64,000 bases of DNA, taken from contig OZ024743.1 in the NCBI GenBank assembly GCA_964016885.1, positions 336,102,001 to 336,166,000 on the forward strand. Reading direction: 5' to 3'. Below are positions 27,501-45,229 of the stretch, piece after piece (the stretch's first letter is position 1; every line of letters begins with the position of its first letter). The DNA comes from Eledone cirrhosa (Eukaryota). Under the pieces are notes generated by a model. The model worked only from the letters and a program-made list of their open reading frames with translations. It was not told the origin of the DNA and did no database searches. The position numbers and the translations under genes are program-made.

Positions 27501-27727
27501 ATATATAAACCCCAGTCCACCATTTTCCTCCATCATGGATCAACTAAGCACCCTTGCTATATTAACACATTTTGATCTGCTTATTTTCAAGAACTATGCC
27601 TGTAAATAACATTATTTTTTCTTTCACATTGACTCATTATGCTCCACATTACGTCCCTTTTTTTCTTCTTTTTTTTTCACTTCATAAACCTTGTTTGTAA
27701 ATAACATTATTCTTTCTGCACCATTTA

Positions 27728-27822
27728 TTTAACATCTCCAACACCACCATTCTACACCAATACATATTATTATCGTTTGATAATATGTATTGGTGTAGAA
27801 TGGTGGTGTTGGACATGTTAAA
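27728..27822. repeat. Hairpin with about 43-bp arms followed by a degenerate HHR 3' half (GAAAccggTA)
   Basis: Direct inverted repeat. Confidence 0.7.
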
Positions 27823-28056
27823 GATAATGTTAAAGATAATGCATAAAAATGCTGAAACCGGTAATAGACAATTATTAAATATATAAATAAATAAATAAAT
27901 GCCATTCTTAATTAATAAATAAATCAACTAATACCTTTACACTTCACACAAAGTAAAATATTTCGTTTTAATCATTTTCTAACCCAGAAAAAGAGATAAA
28001 TAAATAAAAGGGAAACAAATATATTTTTCTTCCTAATAATCGTATTTTCTCCCTGT

Positions 28057-28102
<46 letters not shown>

Positions 28103-28106
<4 letters not shown>

Positions 28107-28452
28107 AAAAAGAGATGAAATCGAAAATGCAACTGGAGTCTTATTTTTTTTTTAAATATATATATTTATTTGGTTCCTTTACCGGTTTCGCAGTTCTTCT
28201 GCTTTTCGAGAGGTGTGTTGAGATGGAGATTCTGTGGTTTTTCTCACATCTGTGAGAAAAACCACAGACCCTCCATCTCAACTCTACTTTTGAAAAGCAG
28301 AAGAACTGCGAAACCGGTAAAGGAACCAAATAAATATATATCTTTTTTTTTAAATAAGACTCCAGTTGCATTTTCGATTTCATCTCTATTTCTTTATACT
28401 TTCACTCGTGTAGGACACCTCGGTTATTTCTCATTTTGTAAAAAAAACTCAC

Positions 28453-28460
<8 letters not shown>
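28103..28460. mobile_element. Fold-back element with variant HHR (UUGAAAA core) in (TA)n; partial copy at 11520-11648
   Basis: Centre at about 28249; ctt-TTGAAAA-gcag-aagaa-ctgc-GAAA-ccgg-TA-aag at 28287-28322. Confidence 0.75.
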
Positions 28461-28504
<44 letters not shown>

Positions 28505-28508
<4 letters not shown>

Positions 28509-28700
28509 ATAGTCAGGACTCCGACGGCTGAGCTCCGGCTGTTTCGACCGCTAGATCCGAACTAAACCAACACTGCTGGCTTAGTTCTGATCTAGCTGTC
28601 GAAACGGTCTGAGCTCAGCCGTCGAAGTCCTGACTCTTTTCCTATTATCCACTCTACTACCCTCAGTTGGTTGTGATTTCTCTTCAGAACAATAATATAC
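28505..28700. mobile_element. Short fold-back element, related to 53952-54137
   Basis: Arms gtcaggactccgacggctgagctc / gagctcagccgtcgaagtcctgac; GAAAcgg HHR 3' remnant; shared gtagtagagtgg extension. Confidence 0.7.
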
Positions 28701-29238
28701 TGAGACATATATATATAAACTGTACATATTATTTTAATATGAGTATTTTAAGAAAAACACGAAAAACAAAATTCTACAAAGGATATTACCTGAAATACAT
28801 GTTGATATATATACATTTTTACATAGAATAACAATTAAAAAATAACAACAATCATTATAACTACCATTAAACATTACTAAATAAATATATAAAATGATAA
28901 CTTTTCAATGCATCATTAATTAAGCTTCATGCAACAAAAACAGAGACAGGCGGCGGGAAAAATAATAATTTTGTTTGCCCTGTTCCTTGGATGCAGTTTA
29001 AAGATTTCTCTCAACTGTAGTAGTAATGTCATTAGAGCGAAATGCTTTGATTGGAATATTGATTATTCTTAGTTTTGGAATTTCTTCTGAAAATGAAACA
29101 CCCACTGATCTCCATGATGTGGTTTGTTGTTATTCAACATAGTTTTTGCCTTTGAAATTTACCGCACACCGCAGGATCTAAAACGTTAATAAGAATAACT
29201 GGATATATATATAGAGAGAGATACATACATACATGCAT

Positions 29239-29365
<127 letters not shown>

Positions 29366-29511
29366 TACGTGTTTAGATATATATATATATAATTATGTAT
29401 ACATGTTTATATATATATATAAATATGCATACATGTTTATATATATATATATATAAATATGTATACATATTTATATATAAACATGTATACATATTTATAT
29501 ATATATATATA

Positions 29512-29937
29512 TAATATAAGATCAAAAGATGGTTAAAGGAGTTCCATATATTTTATTATGCGCATTTCAAAAACAAACATCATCAAGCAATAATATTTGT
29601 GTTTTCATCAGATAAAACAGGAGAACATGATATGAAGGCTAAAAAAACACTTGTTGATAGTGCAGTTTTAAATCAACATATGTTGATTTAAAACTGCACT
29701 ATCAACAAGTGTTTTTTTAGCCTTCATATCATGTTCTCCTGTTTTATCTGATGAAAACACAAATATTATTGCTTGATGATGTTTGTTTTTGAAATGCGCA
29801 TAATAAAATATATGGAACTCCTTTAACCATCTTTTGATCTTATATTATGCATACTCCAGTCCCACAAACTGTAGAGTGCTTCTTATCCGATATCTGCATT
29901 GCTTTATTGTACTACAATAAAACTCACCTCCTACATT
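29512..29937. mobile_element. Perfect fold-back HHR element (centre 29679/29680), same family as 11086-11503 in opposite orientation
   Basis: Spacer-less palindrome with about 167-bp arms; HHRs at 29742-29808 (+) and 29551-29617 (-). Confidence 0.9.
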
Positions 29938-29969
29938 ATATATATATATATATATATATATGCATACGT

Positions 29970-30008
<39 letters not shown>

Positions 30009-31239
30009 TATATACGTGTTTAAATATATATATATAATATGCATAAATATATATGCATGAATCAATGCTAGCTAGATAGCTATATACATTAAACGGAAAC
30101 TGTCTATTTTTTCTAGATAACGAGATAGAATAGAGATAGAGAAAGAAAAAGAGAGAGCAAATTATTTAAAAGAAGTAATGACTCTCCAACCAATATATGT
30201 TAGAATATGTCAGAAAATAAACAACACAAAAATACAAGAGGAACAAATAATTTCCTCGTTAACTTTTGATGAGAATGCATTTTCCAAAGCATCAATGTAT
30301 TTCTTACATATTACAATACATGTTTAAAACACATTAAATACATGTGTTAAATAGATTTACGTAAACAACCCGTTAGTCACAGTTTCTATAAAGTAAGGAA
30401 GCGTGATGCTGCAAACAGGAAATTACACAAATATTCAAAATCAGTTTGAATGGTTACACTGTGTAGTCAAATGTCAAGAATGACATTTGCAGCAGTAACG
30501 ATTGATAGGATTTGGTATTTCATTTGCATTACCTTTCGAGCAGTATCATTTACCATCTTTAGTTGACACTCACAGACGTATGAACATCCGTGTATGTATG
30601 TGAGTGTATGTATGTGAGTGTGTGTAGAAATTTGTCTTTGTGTATGGTGTTTGTGTTTTAGTGTGTTTAACATCCGTCGATTCCGAAGACAATTGTTTCA
30701 GTTGTTCGAGCAACAGAACAGCCTGCTCATGAAATTAACACGTGCAAGTGGCTGAGCATTCCACAGACTCGGGCGCATGCTCCTAATGTAATTTTCAGAG
30801 ATATTCAGTGTGACACAGTGTGTGAGAGAATGCTAACCTTTTGAAATACAGAAACAGTCCATCCGACGGGCATCAAAACAACTTCTCTCTACTCAATTTC
30901 ATTCACAAGGCATGGTTTGAAACAATGCTATGGTAATTTACACACGAACAAGATGCCACGTTGGGGAATTGAAACCAGGACCAATTGGTAGTAAAGAGAA
31001 CTTCTTACCAATTCGGTCATGATGTGTCCACAATTAAACCTTAATATAAAGAAAACTATTGCTGGGGAGTAAGAAGGGCAGCCATTTAGAAAATAAGAGA
31101 AATCAATTTGTTCAAAATATACACTCAAGTTTGGGTTACGGTGTGCGGCTTAGTGGCGTTCTCTTCACGGTCATACGGTCGTAAGTTCGGTTCCAGGCGA
31201 CGCGTTGTGTCTTTAATCAAGACAATTCATTTAACATAC

Positions 31240-31590
31240 TGAAGGTGCATGGCTTATAATTTAGAGCATTAGATTTACAAACGTGGTGTCGTGAGTTCTA
31301 TTCCCGGACCAGTCGATACATTCTATCTTTGAGCAAGACACTTCATTTCACGTTACTCTAGCTCGCTCAGCTGTAGAAATGAGGTGCGACATCACTGGTA
31401 TCAAGCTGTATCGGCCTTAACCTTTCCATTGGTAACATCAGTGGCATGTAGAGAGTAGACTGGAATGCATGGGCAACTGCAGGTGTTTCACAAAAAAAAG
31501 AAAACTTGCCTGGACATAAGCTTCGGGGTGGAGGGAACTTTCTAGGTGCACATCCCATGGTAATTCGTGACCGAAGGGGGTCTTTACTCT
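31240..31590 (+). mobile_element. CORE-type SINE, same family as 7155-7474
   Basis: ttgagcaagacacttcatttcacg...; tail cgtgaccgaagggggtctttac. Confidence 0.75.
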
Positions 31591-31731
31591 TTATTTCACG
31601 TGGCTCCAGCCAGCATAACCATAAAAAATAACTGATACCAGTCATTTACTGAACAAACATCCGGAACGTTCATCATCAAAGCCGATGAAGGTTCTTTCCA
31701 TTGTAACATCGACCCCACACCACCCTTTAGC

Positions 31732-31762
<31 letters not shown>

Positions 31763-31804
31763 CTTCTTCTTCTTCTTCTTCTTCTTCTTCTTCTTCTTCT
31801 TCTT

Positions 31805-31835
<31 letters not shown>

Positions 31836-32936
31836 ATCCCTAGAAGGTCATGGGGGAAGAGTCATCAGACACTTCTTCCAGTGCGTCCTGTTAGAAGCAA
31901 CCGTTCCTAATTGTTCCGGGCGGATCTCCAAGCGAGATCAGCCAAGTTCATGGATGTTATCGAACCATCTTGCCCAGGGTCTACCATTGGGTCTGCTGCA
32001 AATTCTTTCCTGTGATATTCTAACCAAATGCCCATATTATCGGAGCTGTGATTTTTCATTTCGGAGAAAAAGCGTCTCTAACTGGAGTGAATTCCAGGTC
32101 ACCGAGCTACGCACTGTATCGAGTAACGTTACTCCAAAGACTATTTCGCAGGAACCCCATTTAGGCCGCTTGTATCCGCGATCGTATTCTTTCGACCATT
32201 ACCCAAGATTCATGACCATAGGTATGGGTTGGCACGAACAACTTTGGCAGTTGATTGGCAAAATTGTTAAAACATTTGATAAAAACGCTGTGTGGCATTT
32301 GCTTAGGCTCTTTACCATCTAAATGGTCAACATTTCATTCTTCTGAACTCCTTCTCCCTGTAATATATTGACAGAGATGGGTTACATTCAGGCAACTATA
32401 TTATTTCCCAACTTAATACTTTTTTATTTGTTCTTGGTCAAAACACATTATTACTCATATTTATAAGGCGGTGGATTGGCTGCTTTGGTAGAGCTTTGGA
32501 CGGCATGCTTTGTGGTATAGAGTTACGGCCCATTACCTTTGTGATTTCAAATCCTGCTGGAGTTAGATTTACTTTTAATCCTTATGTCTTCAATAAAATA
32601 AAGTAGCAGTAACGCACTGAGGTCTATTTAGTCGACTCTGCTGTCCTTTACAATTGCTGGCCTTGTGCCAAAAGTAGAATTATTTACTTTTATCTTTATA
32701 TATCACTCATACTTATAATCCCTCCTCTTGGTGTCTCCTCTATTTCTCTGCTTGTAACTTTTTCTGTCATTGCTTTACTATTCTGCCTATGATTCGATTT
32801 ATATATGTGACTTATATATGTGTGTATACACTTATATATTTATACATGTGTATACATATATATGTATGTATGTATATCTATACATGTGTGAACACATATA
32901 TATTTATTCATTTGTATATACACATATTTATACATG

Positions 32937-33003
<67 letters not shown>

Positions 33004-33037
33004 GTGTGTATACACATATATCTTTATACATGTATGT

Positions 33038-33068
<31 letters not shown>

Positions 33069-33087
33069 ATAGAGAGAGAGAGATATT

Positions 33088-33142
<55 letters not shown>

Positions 33143-33360
33143 ACATACATGTACTTATTACCAACGATTACTTATCCTACGCTAAACCGCAATGAGACAT
33201 AGATATGGTTTCCATTATTAAACAGGCCTTTGTCTTTTAATTTTCCATTGTTAAAATTTTCTGAAGTGAAGTTTGGTGATATTAAAAGTGGCAATGTGGT
33301 TATTGTCAGGAGAAAAAGACAAATAGTATTAGAAAGATCTTGATAGAGAGAGGGGGGAGA

Positions 33361-33410
<50 letters not shown>

Positions 33411-33413
<3 letters not shown>

Positions 33414-34424
33414 CTTTAAGTCGTTTGAAAGCCTCGAAAATGCAGATGGGTAAATCTCCGGGTAACAAGATCCGGTGGTGGAGAAAGAGATGTAAGTGGG
33501 TGTACGTTGAGATGCGTGGTGTGTATAAGACGTGTAGAGGAATGAAAGAAAGAACGTAAAGGAAAAAATTAAAATAACAACACGACTTCCTCGACTTCCG
33601 AATCAACATCACGGAACAGGGAGGGCTCCACTGCAACTTCTACCGAAAGGCAGCCTGCAGGGACCTGTTCTTCCACTACAAGTCCGCCCTCCCTAACAGT
33701 GCCAAAAGAGTATACATCACGAACAAGATCGCGCGAATCAAAAACAGATGCAGCGATCCCGCGAGTGGTGTCACTCATACCAAGCGATTCCTCGAGGTTC
33801 TGGAGACGAACGGGTACCCTACCTCGCTCACAGACAGAGGAGGAGACACCAGACACAAGAGACAGAGAGGCACCCAAGGCAAGTGCTTCCTTAAAATGCC
33901 ACACCTGGGCGAGAATACCACCAACGCTATCCGCAAGGCTATACAGAGGGGGGGGGCTCGACCTCCACCTGGCCCACTCGGGTCACTCCCTGCGAAGATG
34001 CTTCTCCAGGAAACTCGGGAAATCAACTGACGCGTGCTCCCTCAGAGACTGCCCGATGCGCCATGCGAACCGTTGCCTACGCACATACGTCGTGTATAAG
34101 ATAGAATGTAATAACTGCAACTAATACTATATAGGTAGCACAATCCGACCGTTGCACATCCGGATTAAGGAACACACTAAAACCAGGGCCTCGTCTTTCC
34201 GGAAACACATAGCCAAATGCGGAAACAAAGACGGAAGGCCCATTGTCACAATTCTAGCGACAGAAAGAAACGTCGGCACGTTACGTATCAAGTAAGCACT
34301 TTGGATCAAACGCCTAGGGCCACAATTAAACAACCGATCTGAGAGAAGCGATATGAGGTGGTTGGTTTACGTTAACAAACGATGCAGCACCACACGCGCA
34401 CACACACACAAGCGAGACAGCAAC

Positions 34425-34464
<40 letters not shown>

Positions 34465-35046
34465 AGTAGCACTCCACCATACGAACATACTACACTGCCA
34501 ATGCAGAGGAACAAAGCAACAACACACGCACACACACACACACACACAGTAACATTCAAAAAACAGGCAGAGAATGGACTGACAGCTAGCGCCACCCCAC
34601 TCCCACAATTGAAAGAACTACTTCGGCCGCTGACCTCTGCCTGACCGACCCCATTGCACGCGCACGCGCGCTCTGCTGAATACCTCAGATATTAAAAACA
34701 ACGAACAGCGGAGGACACGTTTCGCACCTTTCCGACAGACAACCTTTCCCCCACCCCGGAATAAAACCCCAGTTGATGGATGTGAATCCTAAATATAGAG
34801 GGACAATTAAATCACTCTCAAGGTAACTCTCTCTCGTGTTGTTATTTTTATGTTTATCCTTTACGCTCTTTCCTTCATTCCTCTACACGTCTTATACACG
34901 CCACATATCTCAACGTACACTTACATCTCTCTCTCCACCACCAGATCTTGTTACCTGGAGATTTACCCAATTGCATTGTCGAGGCTTCCAAACGACTTAA
35001 AGAAATTTACCTTATTATTCCAGAATGCTTCAAGCAAACTTCAATA

Positions 35047-35050
<4 letters not shown>
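33411..35050 (+). mobile_element. 5'-truncated PLE with inverted 3'-repeat copy at its 5' end
   Basis: FLDFRIN..FYRK (RT thumb); VVYKIECNNCN*YYIGSTIRPLHIRIKEH (GIY-YIG); 33411-33586 is the inverted copy of about 34833-35006. Confidence 0.85.
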
Positions 35051-35095
<45 letters not shown>

Positions 35096-35097
<2 letters not shown>

Positions 35098-35422
35098 CGT
35101 TTCTGAATTTGTTTAGCAAGATTCTTTATCTGAAATCGTGTGTTGAAACCGATATTGTTATACTTTGGGAGGGTCATGTTGCCAATAAGAAACACACGCA
35201 CCAGTTGCTTTCACTTCAATTTATTATATATTTATAAATTTATAAATTTACAAATCTACAAACTTATAAATTTCTGGTTGGTTGGTTGGTTCCACAACCA
35301 GATAGTTGTTTATATATATATAGTCTATAATATAATATATATATATAGTCTATAATAATAAATTGAAGTGAATGCAACTGGTGCGTGTGTTTCTTATTGG
35401 CAACATGACCCTCCCAAAGTAT

Positions 35423-35428
<6 letters not shown>
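35096..35428. mobile_element. Fold-back 3'-end fragment of the 50-54 kb PLE family
   Basis: Matches 50052-50245; inverted arm ends at cccaaagtataacaat. Confidence 0.85.
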
Positions 35429-35466
<38 letters not shown>

Positions 35467-35470
<4 letters not shown>

Positions 35471-36316
35471 TCATTTAATTTATTAATTTATTGATATTTT
35501 ATTTGAGTGACCCGAATCTTCCTGGTCGTTCTTTTGCGGTTGCACGGGTGATTTTAGGCATGATCTCTGTGTGTTGGTATTTTGACGATAGTTATAACTC
35601 TGGTTTATCCAAACTATTGAGCCCTCTGCCACACATGTCGGATATTGTTTATCGTGATTTCGTGGGCCGATATTCCGATTCTCGATCATTCTACTGTATT
35701 TAGCTCCAGTCTTTAGCTATTGACCAGTTAATTTTATTGATTTTTTTTGTTGATCTTATTGACTGATAAATAGCTCTTGTTTATTTTAACACGTCTGTTG
35801 AGCACTCTGATTCGATGTGTGATCCTTTGTATTTTTACATAAATTACACATCACCGAATTCTTTCGCTAATATAGGGGTTCCCTCCCTTGCTGAATACCA
35901 TGTGCGTTTTTGGCTGTGGGTCCCTCCGTATTTTTGAACTGAAACTCGTTGAAGAAGCTCTTCCTCGTTCGTCTCCTCACTAGAAGTCATATATATGTTT
36001 TATGTGGGCTGATAGTGATTTGATTGAGGAATTGCCGAAACCCCAAAAGCTAGAATTTAACATCCTTCTAGCGGGTCCGGGTGAGTTTTTTACATTCATT
36101 TAATTTATTAATTTATTGATATTTTATTTGAGTCACCCGAATCTTCCTGGTCGTTCTTTTTCGGCTGCACGGGTGATTTTAGGCATGATCTCTGTGTGTT
36201 GGTATTTTAACGATAGTTATAGCTCTGGTTTATCCAAACTATTGAGCCTTCTGCCACACATGTCGGATATTGTTTATCGTGATTTCGTGGGCCGATATTC
36301 CGATTCTCGATCATTC

Positions 36317-36320
<4 letters not shown>
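35467..36320. repeat. 625-bp unit plus about 230-bp partial second unit between (TA)n tracts
   Basis: Direct repeat 35468-35697 / 36093-36320. Confidence 0.85.
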
Positions 36321-36361
<41 letters not shown>

Positions 36362-36364
<3 letters not shown>

Positions 36365-37755
36365 AAGATGAATATAAAATGAAAGTGCTTTTTTTAAAAA
36401 AGGAATTTATTAGGTATTGACATATGTTTCTGTAACAGACGGAATACCTATGTATCGCTGCTTGCGTAATCATATAATGTTAGCATGTATTCGATAGCAA
36501 ATGTATAATCAGTTGTCACTTCTTCAGAGATATTGGATAAATTGGAAAAAATCAGAAAAATTGAAGTATTTATATTAGTTGTAATAAAGGAAGAAGAGAG
36601 GGGATAGTATATGACAGATGGCAATTCTATTTACTGGTAAACAAGTATATAAAGGGTTTCTAATGAGAATACAATGAGTATATGGTTTATTTTATCTAAA
36701 TAAGAATATTTGGGAGTGCCTATTTTAATCTATACTTGACCAAATGAACAATGGACAGGGCTGGTCGTTTGATGTAGTAGTATTAATTATAAAGTGTCAA
36801 TTAAGGAAGAGGGAGATTTTCACTGCTACTGAATAACAACAATGCTGGTAGCCTGCTGGTATATGCATTAGGGAATTGAATTAAGAAATCTCATTTTATC
36901 TGTAGCAGTTTATATTAAATGGTAAAGAATAGAAGAGTTGATAGAATTAAGACTAATAGAGAATGTTAATATGTATTTTGACAATCAAACGGAGATGGAG
37001 ACAGGCGTTCAATCCTGGTAGTGTTTGTAATATGAAAATGTAGATTTCAATCGATGGTTACAGTATAACGATCCCTCTATTCTGTTATTTAATAAAATAT
37101 TTTTGGATTTCATAATACAAAATAATTGCATATTACACAATTTACAAAATTCCTGTCCGTGGGATAATGGAGTGGCAGTCACTATTATATCCCATTTTAG
37201 GTTAAATTGTTGGTTATTTTCGCGCAACTGCCAAGCCTTGTCTGCGAGTGTTGTTACATAACGCTGGTTTTCATGTTTTATCGAGTAACGATGTCTATAA
37301 AGGCGAGATTTGAAGGAGGTGGCTGTAGACCCCACATAGTACCACTTCTGGCTATCCGATTCGATAGTACATTTGTATATGATGTTACGTTCAAGATACT
37401 GATTGTTCAACGGACACATTCCTGGTTGGACACAGTTACAGTTATAATTTTGCGTTGTTGTATTGGCGTGGATGGGTTGATGAGGTTGCTTAGGTAGGAC
37501 GGGATGTTGTTTGTTGTTTTGTGATGTTATAGCTGATGTTTTACGTGTATTGTTATGTGTTGGAAGGCGTTTATACAACCGTTTTGCGTTAAGCTTTTTT
37601 ATATGTTGTTCAATATTAGGGGCGGTTGAATATGAAAGTAGAATAGTGTTAGGGTTTAAGATTTTATTATATTTATGTGATGTTGGAAAGTGTTTTTAAC
37701 TAATCGAAAGAATTGTGAGGGTAGATTGGTTTTAATAGAGTTGTTATAGACCGGG
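36362..37755 (-). mobile_element. PLE 3' fragment: GIY-YIG ORF 37009-37578 plus HHR at 36414-36532
   Basis: CNCVQPGMCPL..NIIYKC..YYVGSTATSFKSR..CKLC; CTGAAGA-a-gtgaca...tgttac-a-GAAA-catatg-TC. Confidence 0.85.
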
Positions 37756-37779
37756 TTGTACCATATATATACTCTTTAC

Positions 37780-37925
<146 letters not shown>

Positions 37926-39143
37926 TTATATTATTGTTCTGCACCCTCCTGCATTGAACCACCTAGGTACTATGACATAACCTGTGTATTTGCTGGCATG
38001 GACGTGCATCTGTGCGCCTATGTTAGTTGATATATTAAATTATCTATATTTATCTCCAAATCACTGATTTGTCGAGCAAACCTGCCAAAACCACTTCTAA
38101 ATTTTTTTTGGGGTGTTAGTAGGCGTCAGTCATCTTACCATCCCATTCCTTCTAACTAGCCTCTGTGTCACGTGATTGATTCTTTAGAATCGGCCATTTG
38201 ACTAGAAGCAGTGAGAATTTCAGTACATAGAATCCAGTCCTCGCCAGCTGTTCTTTCTACCGAATTATTATTATTTTTATATGAGCCGCCAGTGTCCGCG
38301 CATTGCCTGGAGACTCAGCTGAGAATAGACTCCCTGATGACGCAATGAATTCTCGACAGTTGGATTACGTAACTGTCTTTATCCCATTGCAGAAACTAAT
38401 TAGTTGGAGTGAAAATTTAAGTAAGTAACTAAAAAAAAAAATTTTTTTAAGATCTTTTGAAAAATATTTTCTTATTTTACGTCTTTTATATTATTGTTCT
38501 GCACCCTCCTGCATTGAACCACCTAGGTACTATGACATAACCTGTGTATTTGCTGGCATGGACGTGCATCTGTGCGCCTATGTTAGTTGATATATTAAAT
38601 TATCTATATTTATCTCCAAATCACTGATTTGTCGAGCAAACCTGCCAAAACCACTTCTAAATTTTTTTTGGGGTGTTAGTAGGCGTCAGTCATCTTACCA
38701 TCCCATTCCTTCTAACTAGCCTCTGTGTCACGTGATTGATTCTTTAGAATCGGCCATTTGACTAGAAGCAGTGAGAATTTCAGTACATAGAATCCAGTCC
38801 TCGCCAGCTGTTCTTTCTACCGAATTATTATTATTTTTATATGAGCCGCCAGTGTCCGCGCATTGCCTGGAGACTCAGCTGAGAATAGACTCCCTGATGA
38901 CGCAATGAATTCTCGACAGTTGGATTACGTAACTGTCTTTATCTCATTGCAGAAACTAATTAGTTGGAGTGAAAATTTAAGTAAGTAAGAAAATGTTTTA
39001 AAAAATATTTTCTTATTTTACGTCTTTTATATTATTGTTCTGCACCCTCCTGCATTGAACCACCTAGGTACTATGACATAACCTGTGTATTTGCTGGCAT
39101 GGACGTGCATCTGTGCGCCTATGTTAGTTGATATATTAAATTA

Positions 39144-39150
<7 letters not shown>
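37926..39150 (+). mobile_element. ORF-less tandem HHR element: two 540-560-bp units plus about 120-bp tail, flanked by (TA)n; homologous to 3768-5533
   Basis: Unit start atattattgttctgcac at about 37929, 38488 and 39029. Confidence 0.88.
38329..38410 (+). ncRNA. Type I hammerhead ribozyme (second copy at 38889-38970)
   Basis: actcc-CTGATGA-c-gcaatg...cattgc-a-GAAA-ctaattag-TT-ggagt. Confidence 0.88.
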
Positions 39151-39185
<35 letters not shown>

Positions 39186-39188
<3 letters not shown>

Positions 39189-39390
39189 CGTTTCTGAATT
39201 TGTTTAGCAAGATTCTTTATCGGAAATCGTGTGTTGAAACCGATATTGTTATACTTTGGGAGGGTCATGTTGCCAATAAGAAACACACGCACCAGTTGCT
39301 TTCACTTCAATTTATTATAATAAATTGAAGTGAAAGCAACTGGTGCGTGTGTTTCTTATTGGCAACATGACCCTCCCAAAGTATAACAAT
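39186..39390. mobile_element. Minimal perfect fold-back of the 50-54 kb PLE 3' end
   Basis: Centre on atttattataataaat; about 60-bp one-sided extension. Confidence 0.88.
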
Positions 39391-39446
39391 ATATATATAT
39401 ATGAAACAAAAACAAAGAGCGCTTTCATCATCAATTAATCTTTATT

Positions 39447-39492
39447 TGCTGACAGTGTTTCGTCCTTGCATAATTGCAGGACTCATCAGGGC
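39447..39492 (-). ncRNA. Compact hammerhead ribozyme
   Basis: gcc-CTGATGA-gtcc-tgcaattatgcaa-ggac-GAAA-cactg-TC-agc (one stem I mismatch). Confidence 0.75.
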
Positions 39493-39755
39493 GATATAAA
39501 GAGGAATTAGATCAATAGTATAAACTCTACCGACCTATATCACAAGAACGATCCATATGTAGCAAAGAGGACTAAGAACAGTGGGGTGCTTGGACGACGC
39601 GTCACCTCTAGAAGCCGATACATATAAGACCAAAATCATTTACAATAATTAAAGATAAGGAAAAATAAAAGATAAGGAAATTAAAGATAAGAGATAAAAC
39701 GTAAAGGGCAGAGCCTAGAGGTAAGGATAAAATAAAGATAACAATAAAGTGTGTG

Positions 39756-39822
<67 letters not shown>

Positions 39823-39934
39823 ATATGTATATGTATATGTTTATATATGTATATATCTATCTATGTACAGTGAGTGTGTTCTGTTATTAATTCTGGCAAT
39901 ATTACGCAAATATGACCCTCCCCAAGTATAACAA

Positions 39935-39940
39935 TATCTA

Positions 39941-39973
<33 letters not shown>

Positions 39974-40179
39974 ATATGTATATGTATGTATATATATGTA
40001 TATGTGTATATGTACGTATATGTATGTGTGTGGTGTATGTGTGTGCGGGTGTGTGTGTATGTATGTATGTATGTATGTGTGTGTGTGTATGTATATATGT
40101 ATATGTATATATATATATATGTATATGTGTGTGTGTGTATGTATATATTTGTATGTATGTGTATGTATATATATATTTA

Positions 40180-40210
<31 letters not shown>

Positions 40211-40235
40211 GTGTATATGTGTATGCATGTGTATT

Positions 40236-40266
<31 letters not shown>

Positions 40267-40495
40267 ATATATTTATGTATATGTGCGTGTGTATGTATAT
40301 GTATGTATATATATATATATGTGTATATATGTATACATATATATATATATATATACATATATGTATTTATATATGGATATGTATGTATATGTGTGTATAT
40401 ATGTATATGTGTATATGTATATATGTGTGTATATGTGTATATATTTATACATATGTGTATATGTGTGTGCATGTATGTATGTATGTATGTATGTG

Positions 40496-40540
<45 letters not shown>
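39935..40540. repeat. Compound (TA)/(TG)/(TATG) microsatellite
   Basis: Direct reading. Confidence 0.95.
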
Positions 40541-40695
40541 GTAGGTCCCGGATTGAGTCGGGGATAACCACAGTAAGTAAGGTACTCAATACATGGCAGA
40601 GTAAAAATGTTTTTGTTTTATAGAAGGAGCTTCTACAGGACTAGTACTGTTTCATTCAGATGAAACAGTACTAGTCCTGTAGAAGCTCCTTCTAT

Positions 40696-40699
<4 letters not shown>
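40541..40699. mobile_element. Short fold-back turning inside an HHR; relative at 45769-45900 retains the whole HHR
   Basis: Arms ttttatagaaggagcttctacaggactagtactgtttcat and its reverse complement. Confidence 0.75.
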
Positions 40700-44935
<4,236 letters not shown>

Positions 44936-45039
44936 TATAATAACTTGTGCGTTACACCTCTATTCTTTTAACTATATATATATATATATAATATGTATGC
45001 ATGTGTATATGTATGTATGTGTGTGTGTGTATGTCTGTG

Positions 45040-45077
<38 letters not shown>

Positions 45078-45193
45078 TACGTGTATATATGTATATATGT
45101 ATATATATGTGTATATATATATGTGTGTATGTATGTGTATGTATATGTATGTATGTGTGTATGTGTGTATATATATATATATGTGTGTATATG

Positions 45194-45229
<36 letters not shown>

